Below are positions 39,583-52,511 of a DNA stretch of 64,000 nt, one piece after another. The stretch lies in assembly GCA_964016885.1 (NCBI GenBank), contig OZ024743.1:200880001-200944000 (forward strand), in the 5' to 3' direction. Source of the stretch: Eledone cirrhosa (Eukaryota). The notes under the pieces were generated by a model. It saw nothing but the letters and a program-made list of their open reading frames with translations. It made no database searches and was not told the origin of the DNA. How positions within the stretch are numbered: the first letter of the stretch is position 1; the number at the start of each line of letters is the position of its first letter. The translations under genes were made by a program, and so were the position numbers.

Positions 39583-40618
39583 GCTAATCAAAATAGTAAC
39601 AAACATTTTTAGTCAATGTAGGAGCCTCTTTGTAATAGCTTGATTTGATAGAAGTAGCAAACAAATCTCTCTCAAGCTACAGTCCATTCAACAAGCTTCA
39701 TATAGTTTCCTTCTCCCCAATTTCACTCATATTGCATGGGTCAACCCTGAGGCTATGGTAAATGATACTTGCCCAAGATGTTATGTAGGGGGATCAAACC
39801 CAGAACCTTATGTTTGCGAAGCAAACTTCCTACCTATTTGGTCATGATGCTGCATCCTCAGACCACCAGAAGTATGAAATGTAAAACCATCATGAGTGAG
39901 ATTTGAATTCAGAAGGTAACGATATGAAACTAAATACTGTGAGGCATTTTGTCTGATACCCTACTGTTTCTCTCTAACTTAATATGTAAACAAATGTGAA
40001 CAATATTATGGATGAGAAGAACATATTAGTTAGATAAAAGAAACAGCAGCTTTGGAATGGTATTTTTCACGGCCACATGCTAGTCTACACCTAATTTCTA
40101 CAATATATAGTCTATTATGTAGTATTATATGATGAACAAAGAAAGTGAATCCCTAAGAGAAAACTGATGAGGTTGCATACTGTACTTAAAAAACAAACTG
40201 AATCTCACAGACAAAACACTAGACATAGCAGCAACTGAGTTTGATAGACATACTAAACATCAGCTTTTGTTACCAAACTAACAAAACCAGCGAAAGCTAC
40301 CCATAAAAATAAACATTTAGAATAACATCAACAATATTGTGACAACAACAGAAGAATTAAAGGTAATTTAGAAGCTTTAGCTACATACAAGATGGCTATA
40401 AATACTAAAATGTGAACCATATTTAGTATTACTGTGAAGATCTAGCATTTTCTTATATATATATATATCATCATCATCATCATCAACATCATCGTTTTAA
40501 CATCTGCTTTCCCTGCAAGCCAGGGTTAGACGGATGTACATAAACCAAGTCAGTATTGAAGTGAATCTGCAGATCTACCAGACAGGTCAGGGATCTGCAC
40601 CTCGATTTATATATATAT

Positions 40619-40930
40619 GGATGCACATGGCTTACAATCGAAAGGTTGTGAGTTCAATTCTCAGACCGGGTGATGTGTTGTTTCCTTGAGCAAGACACTT
40701 TATTTCACATTGCTCCAGTTTACTCAGCTGTAGAAATGAGATGATAGGGACTGGGGTCCTTATCATTCCACTGCAAAGTGGTCGTGGAGGTGCCACGGCA
40801 AAAAAGCACCCAGCACTCACTGTAAATGAGGTTGGTGTTAGGAAGGGCATACAGCTGTAGAAATCAAGCCAGAATCAGTTCCCGTCCCACCCTTGCAAGC
40901 AGGGAAAAGCGGACGTAAAAATGAAATGAA
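40619..40930 (+). mobile_element. SINE family B with a deletion in the head
   Basis: 3' end CCCGTCCCACCCTTGCAAGCAGGGAAAAGCGGACGTAAAA is nearly identical to the RTE tail at 20311-20350. Confidence 0.85.
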
Positions 40931-41249
40931 TATATAACGGGATAGAACCAGATAAAACTAGATATAACTCAACAGAGTACTTGATACTTGGGATAGTACA
41001 GCATAGCTATATAATAAAGAGTTGAAGCCTGACAGCTGAACTCTTGCCATTTCAACAGTTAGTTCCAGACTAATTCTCTATATATTCTTTTCTTCTTTTA
41101 CTGATTGCAATCATTAGACTGTAACCATGCTGGGATACTGTCTTGACTTTATAAATCATATCAAGCTCAGTACTTAATTTTTCAAGTTTGGTACTTTTAT
41201 CACTCTCTTTTATTTTGTTGAACCACAATGTTCATAGACACACACCATA

Positions 41250-41592
41250 TAAGATGAAAGGCAAAGCTAACAATGGCAGGATTTGAACTCAGAACGTAAA
41301 GAGCCGCAACTCCATGCCACAAAACATGGTGTCCGATGCTCTACCGATATTGCCAATCCACTGCCCTTTATAATAGTGGTTTCTTATATAGGCACAAGGC
41401 CAGCAATTTTGGGGGAGGGGAAAATTGATTAAATCGACCTTACGCGTGACTGGTACTTGATTTTATGAACCCCGTAAGGATGAAAAGCAAAGTTAACCTC
41501 AACGGGATTTGAACTCAGATCATAAAGGGCTGTAACTCTATGCTGCAAAGCATGGCGTCCGACCCTCTACCGATACTGTCAATCCACTGCTC
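41250..41592 (-). mobile_element. Two SINE family A copies
   Basis: Family A head and body motifs. Confidence 0.85.
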
Positions 41593-41619
41593 TTTATAAT
41601 AATAATAGTGATAATAATA

Positions 41620-41957
41620 TGACACATGAGTGCAAGAAAAGGAGAGGGAGAAAATTAACTGATGCCAGGATTTAAAGTGGGAATTAAAAAGGATTTGGGA
41701 CTGTCAAGAAATCAAGGTTGTCCCGATTGTCATAGGAGCACTAGGTTCTATCTCAGAGAGTTTTCAAGGATGGTTAAAGAACATTAGTTCAGCCCCCTTT
41801 TTTGGAACACTTCAAAAAGCATGCTTGCTGGGAACAGCAAGAACCCTCTGATATGTTATGAACATCTGAGGCTGCAGGTAGTGGCTTGATGTACATTTGA
41901 ACAATTTTTCCAGTTAAATAACATCAACGACTGAGGCTAAACAAATAATAATAATAA
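41620..41957 (+). pseudogene. R4/Dong-like (restriction-like endonuclease) LINE 3' fragment
   Basis: KEREKIN*CQDLKWELKRIWDCQEIKVVPIVIGALGSI...LQKACLLGTAR, followed by an (AAT)n tail. Confidence 0.75.
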
Positions 41958-42937
41958 TTGTTTCTACTTTTGGCACAAGGCCATCAATTATTCAGTACAT
42001 TACTGGTACTTTATTTTATCGACCCCGTAAGGGCAAAGTTGACCTCGGCGGGATTTGAACTCAGAATGGAAAGGGCCGTAACTCTATGCATGGTGTCTGA
42101 CCCTCTACCGATACTGCCAATCCACCGCCAATAATAATGGTTTCTTATTTAGGCACAAGGCCAGCAATTTTCGGGAGGGGAAAGTCGATTAAATTGACCC
42201 CAGTGCATTACTGGTACTTTATTTCATCGACTTCGTGAGGATGAAAGGCAAAGTTAACCTCGGTGGGATTTGAACTCAGATCATAAAGGGCCGTAACTCT
42301 ATGCTGCAAAGCATGGTGACCGACCCTCTACCGATACTGCCAATCCACCGCCCTAATAATAATTGTTTCTACTTTAGGCACAAGGCCAGCAAATACCCAG
42401 TAAATTACTGGTACTTTATTTTATCGACCCTGCAAGGATGGAAGGCAAAGTTAACCTTGGCGGGATTTGAACTCAGACCATAAAGGGGCATAACTCTATG
42501 CTGCAAAGCATGGCGTCCGACCTTCTACCGATACTGCCAATGGTTTCTAATTTAGGCACAGGATCAACAATTTTGTAGAGGAGGAAAGAAAGTCAATTAC
42601 GTTGACCCCAGTATTTTACTGGAAGGATGAAAGGCAAAGTTGACATAGATGGGAGATTTCAGTTCAGAATGTAAAGAGCTATAATAAATCTCAAGGATAG
42701 TGTAGTTGTAGTAATGAATGGTCTGACTTTGGCAGAAAGATCTAAATATAATATTGTTTCTACTTTAGGCACAAGGCCAGCAATTACCCAGTGCATTACT
42801 GGTACTTTATTTTATCGACCCCGTAAGGATGAAAGGCAAAGTCAACCTCGGCGGGATTTGAACTCAGAACGTAAAGGACGTAACTATGCTGGAAAGCATG
42901 GCGTCCGACCCTCTACCGATACTGCCAATCCACCGCC
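41958..42937 (-). mobile_element. Cluster of five head-to-tail SINE family A copies
   Basis: Copies begin at about 41958, 42138, 42362, 42541 and 42754, mostly joined by AAT runs. Confidence 0.88.
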
Positions 42938-42992
42938 ATAAATATAATATTGATTGAATACCTTAAGTCACTAATTCACACACACACACATA

Positions 42993-43034
<42 letters not shown>

Positions 43035-43254
43035 TACACACACACACACACATATACATACACACACACACATATACACACATACATACACACATATGCA
43101 CATACACATTCACATACATACTGTCTGTCCCATGTATTGATACACAAAATGACACACAGTGTCATACACATACATACAAACACACATGCATACAAACACA
43201 CATGCATATAGACACACAGACATGTGCACATACTTATACATACTTAAAGTTACA

Positions 43255-43780
43255 TAAACACATACATCCACACATATTGATACACACACACATATGTACT
43301 CCCATAAACACATACATGCACACATATTGATACACACACACATATGTACTCCCATAAACACATACATGCACACATATTGATACACACACACATATGTACT
43401 CCCATAAACACCTACTTGCACACATATTGATACACACACACATATGTACTCCCATAAACACATACATGCACACATATTGATACATACACACATATGTACT
43501 CTCATAAACACCTACATGCACACATATTGATACACACACACATATGTACTCCCATAAACACATACATGCACACATATTGATACACACACACATATGTACT
43601 CCCATAAACACCTACATGCACACACATATTGATACACACACACATATGTACTCCCATAAACACCTACATGCACACACATATTGATACACACACACACACA
43701 CACATATGTACTCATATAAACACATACATACATAGATATATTGATACACATACACACATATGTACTCACATAAACACATA
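43255..43780. repeat. 50-bp minisatellite
   Basis: CACATATTGATACACACACACATATGTACTCCCATAAACA recurs every 50-52 bp. Confidence 0.95.
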
Positions 43781-44086
43781 CATAAATACATAGACATTCT
43801 CACACAATTACATTCATATGGATTGTCTGAACCTATGACTCAGTCCAGATGCAACACACTGTCTGCCTGTCTGTCTGTCTGTATGTCTGTCTGTCTGTCT
43901 GTCTGTTGGTCTGTTGGTCTGCTATTGTCATGGTCCTTTCTCCCTAAACATTCATTGTATACATTTTAACCTCAGCCCACCTACCTAGAACAACTGTCCA
44001 AACACCCACCTACCTACCGACCCATCTTATTTCTTTGTCTGCCAGGCCAACATTTGGACCCTGAATGCTTCAAGCGTATGTATGTG

Positions 44087-44120
<34 letters not shown>

Positions 44121-44122
44121 AT

Positions 44123-44583
44123 GGAGGCACATGGCTTAGTGGTTAGAGCATTGGGCTTGCAATCGAAAGGTTGTGAGTTCAATTCTCAGACCGGGTCATG
44201 TGTTGTTTCCTTGAGCAAGACACTTTATTTCACATTGCTCCAGTTTACTCAGCTGTAGAAATGAGATGATAGGGACCCTAGTCTCTATCATCTCATTTCA
44301 TTCCACTGCAAAGTGGTCGTGGAGGTGCCACGGAAAAAAAAAGCACCCAGCCCACACTGTAAAGTGGACGTGTAGGTGCCACGGAAAAAAAGCACCCAGC
44401 ACACATTGTAAATGAGGTTGGTGTTAGGAAGGGCATCCAGCTGTAGAAATCAAGCCAGAATCAGTTCCTGTATAAGCAAGACAAGGTCAACCGACCGGAC
44501 ACTGCCCACAACAGGACAACCCGTCTAACCCATGCTAGTGTGGAAGAACGGACGTAAAACGGTGATGATGATGATGATGATAA
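44123..44583 (+). mobile_element. SINE family B, full length
   Basis: tRNA-like head, two internal GGTGCCACGG..AAAAGCACCCAGC units, (GAT)n tail. Confidence 0.88.
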
Positions 44584-44594
44584 TATATATATAA

Positions 44595-45046
44595 CATACT
44601 TTTGCTCATAGCTTTATACTTACACACACTCTTTTACTCACATATACACCCACTTTTCTTCTTAGCTTCATACGGACGTATAATAACACACACACACAAA
44701 CATGCTTACGCACGTGCTCAAGTATAGCTCTTTTTACAAAAACGTTTTTTTTTTAGGTAGACGCGCTCCATCATCCACTTTTCTAGAAAGTAAATCATAC
44801 ACAAAACGCCAGCATCAACAGTTTTGCAAGAGATGTCAACATGAATGGACCTGTTATTTTTATCTTACGACTTTTTTTCCAATTCCATCCCGCTCGTCCC
44901 CTCAATCTATCTCATTTCTCATTCTTTCTTCTTACAAAGGACTAACGTCCGAAACGTTAAGACCCTCTTCCTGCTGTATCAAGTGTTAACCTAATATATT
45001 CCTTCCATATACTGTACTGATTGTGTTGTTATTTCTGTTTACCTTT

Positions 45047-45048
<2 letters not shown>
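44595..45048 (+). mobile_element. pLTR-like element with a decayed hammerhead (44927-44962)
   Basis: TCTT-CTTACAA-A-GGAC-TAAC-GTCC-GAAA-CG-TT-AAGA. 3' part homologous to 45556-45678. Confidence 0.65.
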
Positions 45049-45090
<42 letters not shown>

Positions 45091-45131
45091 AAACAAAAAA
45101 ATAACAAAGAGTACAGTACGAACAGTGTTGG

Positions 45132-45208
<77 letters not shown>

Positions 45209-45381
45209 CACATGTATATATATATATAGATAAATATATATATATGTTAGTTAGAACAGCAGACGTTAAAGTGACATTGGTGATGATGATGGTTTGTATT
45301 CTGAAATGGATTGGCAAAAAAAATCACAGATGAATAAGGTACTTTAGTAGAGAATAAACACATTTATTTCATAAGGAAATT

Positions 45382-45430
45382 ATTTCTACAGTACTAGAAC
45401 TGTTTCATTCAAATGAAATCATCAGGATAT
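45382..45430 (-). ncRNA. Type I hammerhead motif with full stem III
   Basis: Minus strand: ATATC-CTGATGA-T-TTC-ATTT-GAA-T-GAAA-CAGT-TCTAGT-ACTG-TA-GAAAT. A diverged inverted copy (CTGGTGA) abuts it at about 45428-45477. Confidence 0.75.
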
Positions 45431-45555
45431 TCCTGGTGATTTCATACCAATGAAACAGTTCTAGTCTTATAGAAGTCATTGCTATATATCCGAGAAAATG
45501 GATGTTAAGTGATGGTGTTGATGATGATGATGATGATATATATATATATATACTT

Positions 45556-45591
45556 TCTTCTGATGAAGGACTAGCGTCCGAAACGTTAAGA
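45556..45591 (+). ncRNA. Ultra-minimal type I hammerhead motif
   Basis: TCTT-CTGATGA-A-GGAC-TAGC-GTCC-GAAA-CG-TT-AAGA. Stem III is only the palindrome AACGTT. Confidence 0.8.
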
Positions 45592-45754
45592 CCCTCTTCC
45601 AGTTATTTCAAGCGTTAACCTAATATATTCCTTCCATATACTGTACTGATTGTCTTGTTATTTCTGGTTACCTTTTACATACATATACATATATATATAT
45701 ACATACACATATACACATACATACATACACATATATAGATATATACATACACAC

Positions 45755-45787
<33 letters not shown>

Positions 45788-46180
45788 ATGTGGTGGTGCT
45801 GGTGCTACGATGAAAAAGCACCAAGTTTATCATATATGGTGATAGTGCTGCAGTCACGATAAAATGTTCCCAGTACATACAATAAAGTAGTTTGTATTAA
45901 ACTGTGAAGTCCAAACCACAAAATGGAGTGTACATTGAAGATGGGATCACCTGACATGTCTAGTTTCAGTACGTGACAGCCTGTCTAACCCAATCATGGC
46001 CCATGAGCTACACGCGGCTTGTTTTGCTTCATGAATAGCATGCTTGATTTCAAAATATGCTTTGAATCTTTTTAGTAGTGTGGCCCACCCTATGATGGGC
46101 CTCATCATATGCAGCCCATTGCTCGAAAAATGTTGCCCATGCCTGGTCTAGCCCATGCAAACATGAAAAATAGACATTAA

Positions 46181-46283
46181 CCTTTTAGCATTTAAATCAG
46201 CCATATCTGGCCAGAATTCTGTCACGTTTTCTTTTCAAACTTTTGATGAGTTGTAGTGCACCTGAGCACTGTACACAATATTT

Positions 46284-46318
<35 letters not shown>

Positions 46319-46480
46319 TTAACTGGCTATAACTAGCCACTCATACGGATGTTAAGGTATTATTCTCAAAATAAACAATATCAAAAATCAAAATCTCATA
46401 GATTCGATATTATGTGAGTTATTTATGTGAGGTAAAATCTTAATAGTAAATAAATATAGAGTAACGTAAATGCTAAAGGG
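46181..46480. mobile_element. piggyBac-type MITE with a nested (ATT)n-tailed retroposon fragment
   Basis: TTAA-flanked CCTTTTAGCATTTA...TAAATGCTAAAGGG. Extra sequence at about 46243-46317. Confidence 0.8.
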
Positions 46481-46647
46481 TTAAACAGAGATGATGATAT
46501 TGGTGTATCCATGTCATCATAAAATGATGGTGCATGGATATATATTTTAGCAAGTCCCTCTTATTATTAGATTACTTTTAAACTATGAGTGTTTAAATAT
46601 ACCACCCACCTCCTATATATATGTCTTATTTCAATTGATATGATAAT

Positions 46648-47280
46648 GATTTCTAGTATAGGCACAAGGCCAATAATTTGGGGGAGGGGGAAGTTGATTA
46701 CACCGAGCCTAGTATGTTACTGGTGCTTTATTTTATCGACCCAGTAAGGATGAAAGGCAAAGTTAACCTCGGCGGGATTTGAATTCAGATCATAAAGGGC
46801 CATAACTCTATGCTGCAAAGCATGGTGTCTGACTCTCTACCAATACTGCCAATCCACCACCCTTGAAGTAATAATAATAATAATTGTTTCTACTTTAGGC
46901 ACAAGGCCAGCAATTACCCAGTGCATTACTGGTACTTTATTTTATCGACCCCGTAAGGATGAAAGGCAAAGTCAACCTCGGCGGGATTTGAACTCAGATC
47001 GTAAAGGGACGTAACTATGCTGGAAAGCATGGCGTCCGACCCTCTACCAATACTGCCAATCCAAATAATGGTTTCTTATATAGGCACAAGGCCAGTAAAT
47101 TGGGGGAGGGGAAAATCGATTAAAACGACCCCAGTACGTTACTGGTAGTTTATTTTATCGACCCCGTAAGGATGAAAGGCAAAGTTAACCTCGACGGGAT
47201 TTGAACTCAGATCATAAAGAGCCATAATTCTATGCTGCAAAGCATGGTGTCTGACTCTCTACCAATACTGCCAATCCACT
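46648..47280 (-). mobile_element. Three head-to-tail SINE family A copies
   Basis: Copies at about 46648, 46884 and 47069. Confidence 0.88.
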
Positions 47281-48004
47281 TCACTTTCAATTGAGATGAT
47301 AATGAAAATATTTATGACATTATAACATCATACTGAATTAAATTATCCATAATTTACTGATTCATAATCACTAATTTATTTACAAAACTATTCACGCAGT
47401 ATATTTCCATTTAATAGGTAGACTATGTCAATATTCCACTTACATGTTCCTACCTAGTAAATATCATAAAACACATAAGTAAAGTGTTGAAATAATCAAA
47501 CAATAAAACAATAAAAAACAAAAATAAAAACAAAAATATAAACGAAAAATACGACCTACAAAGTAACAAACAAACACAAAACAAAATAGACAGAAATACA
47601 TCATCATCAACATCACCACACACCTCCACCACCAACACTACCACTATCACTACCACAACCACCACCTCCACTATCATCATCACCGCCATCACCACCACTA
47701 CCACCAACACCACCACTACCACAACCAGCACCATGACCATCATCACCACCACCACCACCATGAACACCACCATCTCATCACCATCCCCACCATCATCGTC
47801 ATCATCATCAGCACAACCACGACCACGACCACCACCACTATCATCATCATCACCACCATCACCACCATTACCACCACTACCACCACCATCATCACCACCA
47901 CCATCATCACCATTATCTTCATCATCCTTTTATATCTAGTTTCCATGCTGGCATGGGTTGGATAGGTCATCATAGTCTGAGACATGCTCTGGTTGAACAA
48001 TAAT

Positions 48005-48188
48005 TGTTTCTACTTTAGGCACAAGGCCAGCAATTACCCAGTGCATTACTGGTACTTTATTTTATCGACCCCATAAGGATGAAAGGCAAAGTGAACCTCG
48101 ACGGGATTTGAACTCAGACCGTAACTCAGTTACGTAACTATGCTGGAAAGCATGGCGTCCGACCCTCTACCGATACTGCCAATCCACC
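48005..48188 (-). mobile_element. SINE family A with 13-bp TSD
   Basis: GTTGAACAATAAT at 47992-48004 and 48189-48201. Confidence 0.9.
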
Positions 48189-48399
48189 GTTGAACAATAA
48201 TGTCTTGGTCATATGTTCCATATATTGACCCCTTGATATTCAGACAGGACGTGATATTAGCCAGGATATTAGTTCATTTATATCCTACATTGAGGACTTG
48301 CTCTATTAAACCTTTTCATTCTATTGGTTGGTCTCTGTTTCTATTGGTTGGTCTCATTAGTTGATTACTGATTTTATTTGTTATTTTGTTTGATTCTAA

Positions 48400-48662
48400 A
48401 AGTCTGTCTTAAGCCAGACGGCTCATTTGGACGGTACTTATCCCGGTTTCATGGCGGCGGGAAGTGACTGAGATTACAAGACTTCCCCTCTGGACAGGAC
48501 GCCAGTCCATCGCAGGGTTAAACCTCCAGCTATTGCTGGTACTCATTTTCAGCTGAGTATACTGGAGCAACATGAAATGAAGTGTTTTGCTCAAGAACAC
48601 AATACGCAGCCCAGGAATCGAGCTCACAACATTATGATCATATGTCCAACACCCTTACCACT
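48400..48662 (-). mobile_element. SINE family C
   Basis: Reverse complement homologous to 7423-7703. Confidence 0.7.
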
Positions 48663-50432
48663 TTTGTTTGATTAGGGACATTTTTATAGGGGCTTTCCCA
48701 ATGTTTTGGTTTATTATTTTCAATTTGATTATCATAATTTTGTACATTCTATAAAGTGATAGTGTTGGGGTCATATAAAATGCACCTAGAACCCTCTGTA
48801 AAGTGATAGTTACTGGTGCCACTATAAAATGCAACCAGTACCTTCTGAAAAATGATAGTGTTGGTGCCATTATAAAATGCATTTGGTGCACTTGCCATTC
48901 AGTACATTTCGTAACATGGTAGTGTTGATGCTACTATGAAATGCATCCAAGTTAGTGGTGTTGGTGTTGATGTTGTTGGCAGTGTTGTTGGTGTTGGTGT
49001 CCATTTAGGTGATGATGATAGTGATGGTGGTGGTGGTGGTGGTGATGATGTTAGCATTGCTGGTAGTATTGATGATGGTAGAATTGGTTGTGGTGATTAT
49101 TGTTGTTGCTGGTAGTTATCCTGGTGGTGAAGGTTGTGGTGGTAGTGAGTGTGGTGATGGTGATGTCGTTGCTGGTGGTGGTAGTGGTGGTGGTGGTAAT
49201 GTTGGTGGTAGTGATTGTGGTTATGGTGTTGTTGTTGCTGGTGGTTGTCATTGTGGGGATGGTGATGTTGGTGCTAGTGCTGGTGATGGTGGTGGTAGTG
49301 ATTGTGGTTATGGTGTTGTTGGTGGTGGTTGTTATTGTGGTGGTGATGGTGGTGGTGGTGGTGGTGGTGGTGGTAGTGCTGATGGTAGCACTGATGGTGG
49401 TGCTGGTGGTGATGGTTGTGGTGCTGGTGGTGGTGGTGATGGTGGTGGCGGCAGTATCTAACATGTTGTCTCATCTGTTATGTGAAGAAGTCAACATGTA
49501 TTGTGTAGCCAGCCTTGTCTGTGATTCATCAGGTTTGTCAAGACTACATTCTTCAGCACACAACTGATTCTTAGAGATGAAGTCACCCCTCCACACACTC
49601 ACAACCTCCATCACCCCACTATTACGCCTGCCAACCCTTGCTAAACCCTCACCTCTTTACCACACTCACTCACTTCTGCACCATATTTCACAGCCACTGA
49701 TTCCAACAAACACCCACCGCCACCACCACCACCACCACCACCGCTACCAGCACCACTGTCGCCACCATCATGACGATGACAACCACTACTACCACCACCA
49801 CCACCACCACCACCACCACTACTACCACCACCAACACCACCTCGTTCAATACCATCACTACAACCACCACTACCACCACCACCACCACTACTACCACCAC
49901 CAACACCACCTCGTTCAATACCATCACTACAACCACCACCACCACCACCACCATCACCTTCACTACAATCACTACCCCGCCTCCCCCACACACACCACCA
50001 CCAACATTATCACCACCACCTCCACCATCATCATTTTCTCTTCTATTTCTTCTATATCTTTTTCTATCTCCACCTCTCTCCCCCACTCCCCCCCCCCTCT
50101 CTCTGTCTTAATTTTCCTCTTTTTTTTAGATTCTGACTATTTTCTTCCTTGTGAGACAGTAATCTGTCTATGTGGTTTGTCCATGTGGCCAGTCTACATT
50201 GTTCCCTTTCTTTTGTCAATCTGTCTGTCTGTCTGTCAGTCCCCCTCATCCCACATCTCCACCCACCCACCCCTCACATATCTCTCTCAAATTCCCATTC
50301 TCCCTGTTCCTGTATTCTGAGCTATGTTCTGCCCTATTGTTATTTTCCTTTGTCAATCTGTCTTGCCAACAACATTACAATGTTGCAGCTCTGCTGTTCT
50401 TGTTATTACTATTGCTGCTGCTGCTGTTGTTG

Positions 50433-50464
<32 letters not shown>

Positions 50465-50814
50465 GGTGGTGGTGGTGGTGGTGGTGGTGGTATTGTTGCT
50501 ACCGTTGCTGTTGTTGCTGCTGTTACTGCTTCAGTCTATTTCTCCAGCACTTCATCTGTCCGGATGTCCATTCCATTCGTCCGTCTCACTGTCTGTCTTT
50601 CCATTTCACCATCCATCCATCCATCTATCCACCCATTCAACTATATCTGCTGTTTGTCTGTCCACCCCACCCCCGCCCGCCATCCATCCACCTATTCATC
50701 TGTCTGTCTGTCTGTCTATCTGTCTGTCTGTATGTCTGTCTGTCTGCCTGTCTGTTTGTCCATCCCACCATCCATCCACCCGTTCATCTGTTTCACCATC
50801 CATCCACCTATTCA

Positions 50815-50861
<47 letters not shown>

Positions 50862-51039
50862 GGCTGGCTGTCTGTTTGTCCATCCCACCATCCATCCACC
50901 CGTTCATCTGTTTCCCCATCCATCCCACAATTCATCTGTATGTCTGCCTAACTGGATTTCTGACTGGTTGACCGGCTGTTTGACTGTCTGCCTGCCTGAT
51001 TGGTGGCTGTCTGACTGTATGTCTATCTGATGAGCCTCA

Positions 51040-51140
51040 GGCTCAACACAGTCTTCTCTACTGCACATCATTTTGGATTTCCGTTAAACCCAGCTTCTCC
51101 CTCAGCTCGTCCAAGCTCTGCCTTTCTCTCACATTTACAT
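51040..51140 (-). pseudogene. RTE-clade LINE fragment
   Basis: Minus strand reads NVNVRERQSLDELREKLGLTEIQNDVQ*RRLC, homologous to the 54.9-55.1 kb fragment. Confidence 0.65.
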
Positions 51141-51919
51141 TGGACATCCAATGAAATATGAGAACAAGAATTGTTATGATGGGGTCAGTTATCTGAATCA
51201 TAAATATGAGAGGGAAGTGTTTTATATTATGTCCTAACGTGTCACATTATGACATAAGATGTGTTAATAAAACATGACATGTTATGACATGATAAGAATC
51301 ATAAAGTTGAGAGGTATGTATATGTTGTCATAACAAGGCATGTTATCATAACATGACATTTTAAATTTTATGATGGAGGTCAAAATTTCATGATGGAGGT
51401 CAATCATATACTATGGTGAAGGTCATCCCTCTGGGTCATTATATTATGAGTGGGTAAGTAAGACATGAAATATCATGTGATGAAGATCATCTCTCTATGT
51501 CATAAAGCTAGGATAGGGAAAGTATGACATATTATGAGATGACATCTGTGGTGGAGGTCACCTCACAAGGTCATAAAGTTGATAGCGCAGTTTAGGTAAG
51601 GATTGGAGGTCACCTCACAAGGTCATAAAGTTATAGTACAGTTTAGGTAAGGATATATTTGACATAAATAGAACATTTGTTACAGTTTTTCAAAATCCAA
51701 TATTTATAAATTTGCAGAAACATGGAAAGCTCTGACCATTACCCCTTTTGTTACCATTTATCTAATAAAAGATATTGCTTGAGATTTTTAAATCATTTTG
51801 AAAATATGCAAAAATATGGAGCTATTTATTAAAATAACTAACTTTATCAATTTTCAACAAAATTAGAATTTCGTTTTTTTCTCTAACATAGCAGATACGT
51901 AAATACAGTCAAATAAAAT

Positions 51920-52100
51920 AATTCTACTTTTGGCACAAGGCCAGCAATTATTCCAGTGTATTACTGGTACTTTATTTTATCAACCCCGTAAGGATGAAAG
52001 GCAAAGTTAACCTCAGCAAGATTTGAACTCAGACCATAAAGGGCCATAACTCTTTGCTGCAAAGCATGGCGTCCAACCCTCTACCGATACTACTAATCCG
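51920..52100 (-). mobile_element. SINE family A
   Basis: Family homology. Confidence 0.85.
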
Positions 52101-52115
52101 ATATAATAATATTCA

Positions 52116-52259
52116 ATTCATTTACAATCAAACAGCCTCATTACACTATGTTTTATTAGAAGACCATCTCATCCTTTTTTCTAGCAGTGACAGCGCTAGA
52201 AAAAAAGGATGGTGACAGTCATTTAAAAAACAAATGAGGCTGTTTGTTTGTAAAAGAAT
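52116..52259. repeat. Imperfect fold-back, MITE-like
   Basis: TTTACAATCAAACAGCCTCATT...AATGAGGCTGTTTGTTTGTAAA outer arms and CATCCTTTTTTCTAGC...GCTAGAAAAAAAGGATG inner arms. Confidence 0.7.
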
Positions 52260-52315
52260 CAAATATTATTATTATTATATTATATATATATATATTATTA
52301 TATAAATATTATAAG

Positions 52316-52511
52316 GGCGGTGAATTGGCAGTATCGGTAGAGGGTCGGACACCATGCTTTCCAGCATAGTTACGTCCTTTTACGGTCTGAGTTCAAATCC
52401 CGTCGAGGTTAACTTTACCCTTCATCCTTATGGGGTCGATAAAATAAAGTACCAGTAATGTACTGGGTAATTGCTGGCCTTGTGCCAAAAGTAGAAACAA
52501 TTATTATTATT
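52316..52511 (+). mobile_element. SINE family A, plus strand
   Basis: GGCGGTGAATTGGCAGTATCGG...GAGTTCAAATCC...GTAGAAACA(ATT)n. Confidence 0.9.

Noticed and set aside
44123-44195. tRNA-like sequences (also 7423, 52316, 57102)
   Set aside because: They continue into SINE bodies and tails, so they are SINE heads, not tRNA genes.
51024-51056. CTGATGA-GCC-TCA-GGC
   Set aside because: No GAAA after the hairpin; it overlaps the edge of an RTE fragment.
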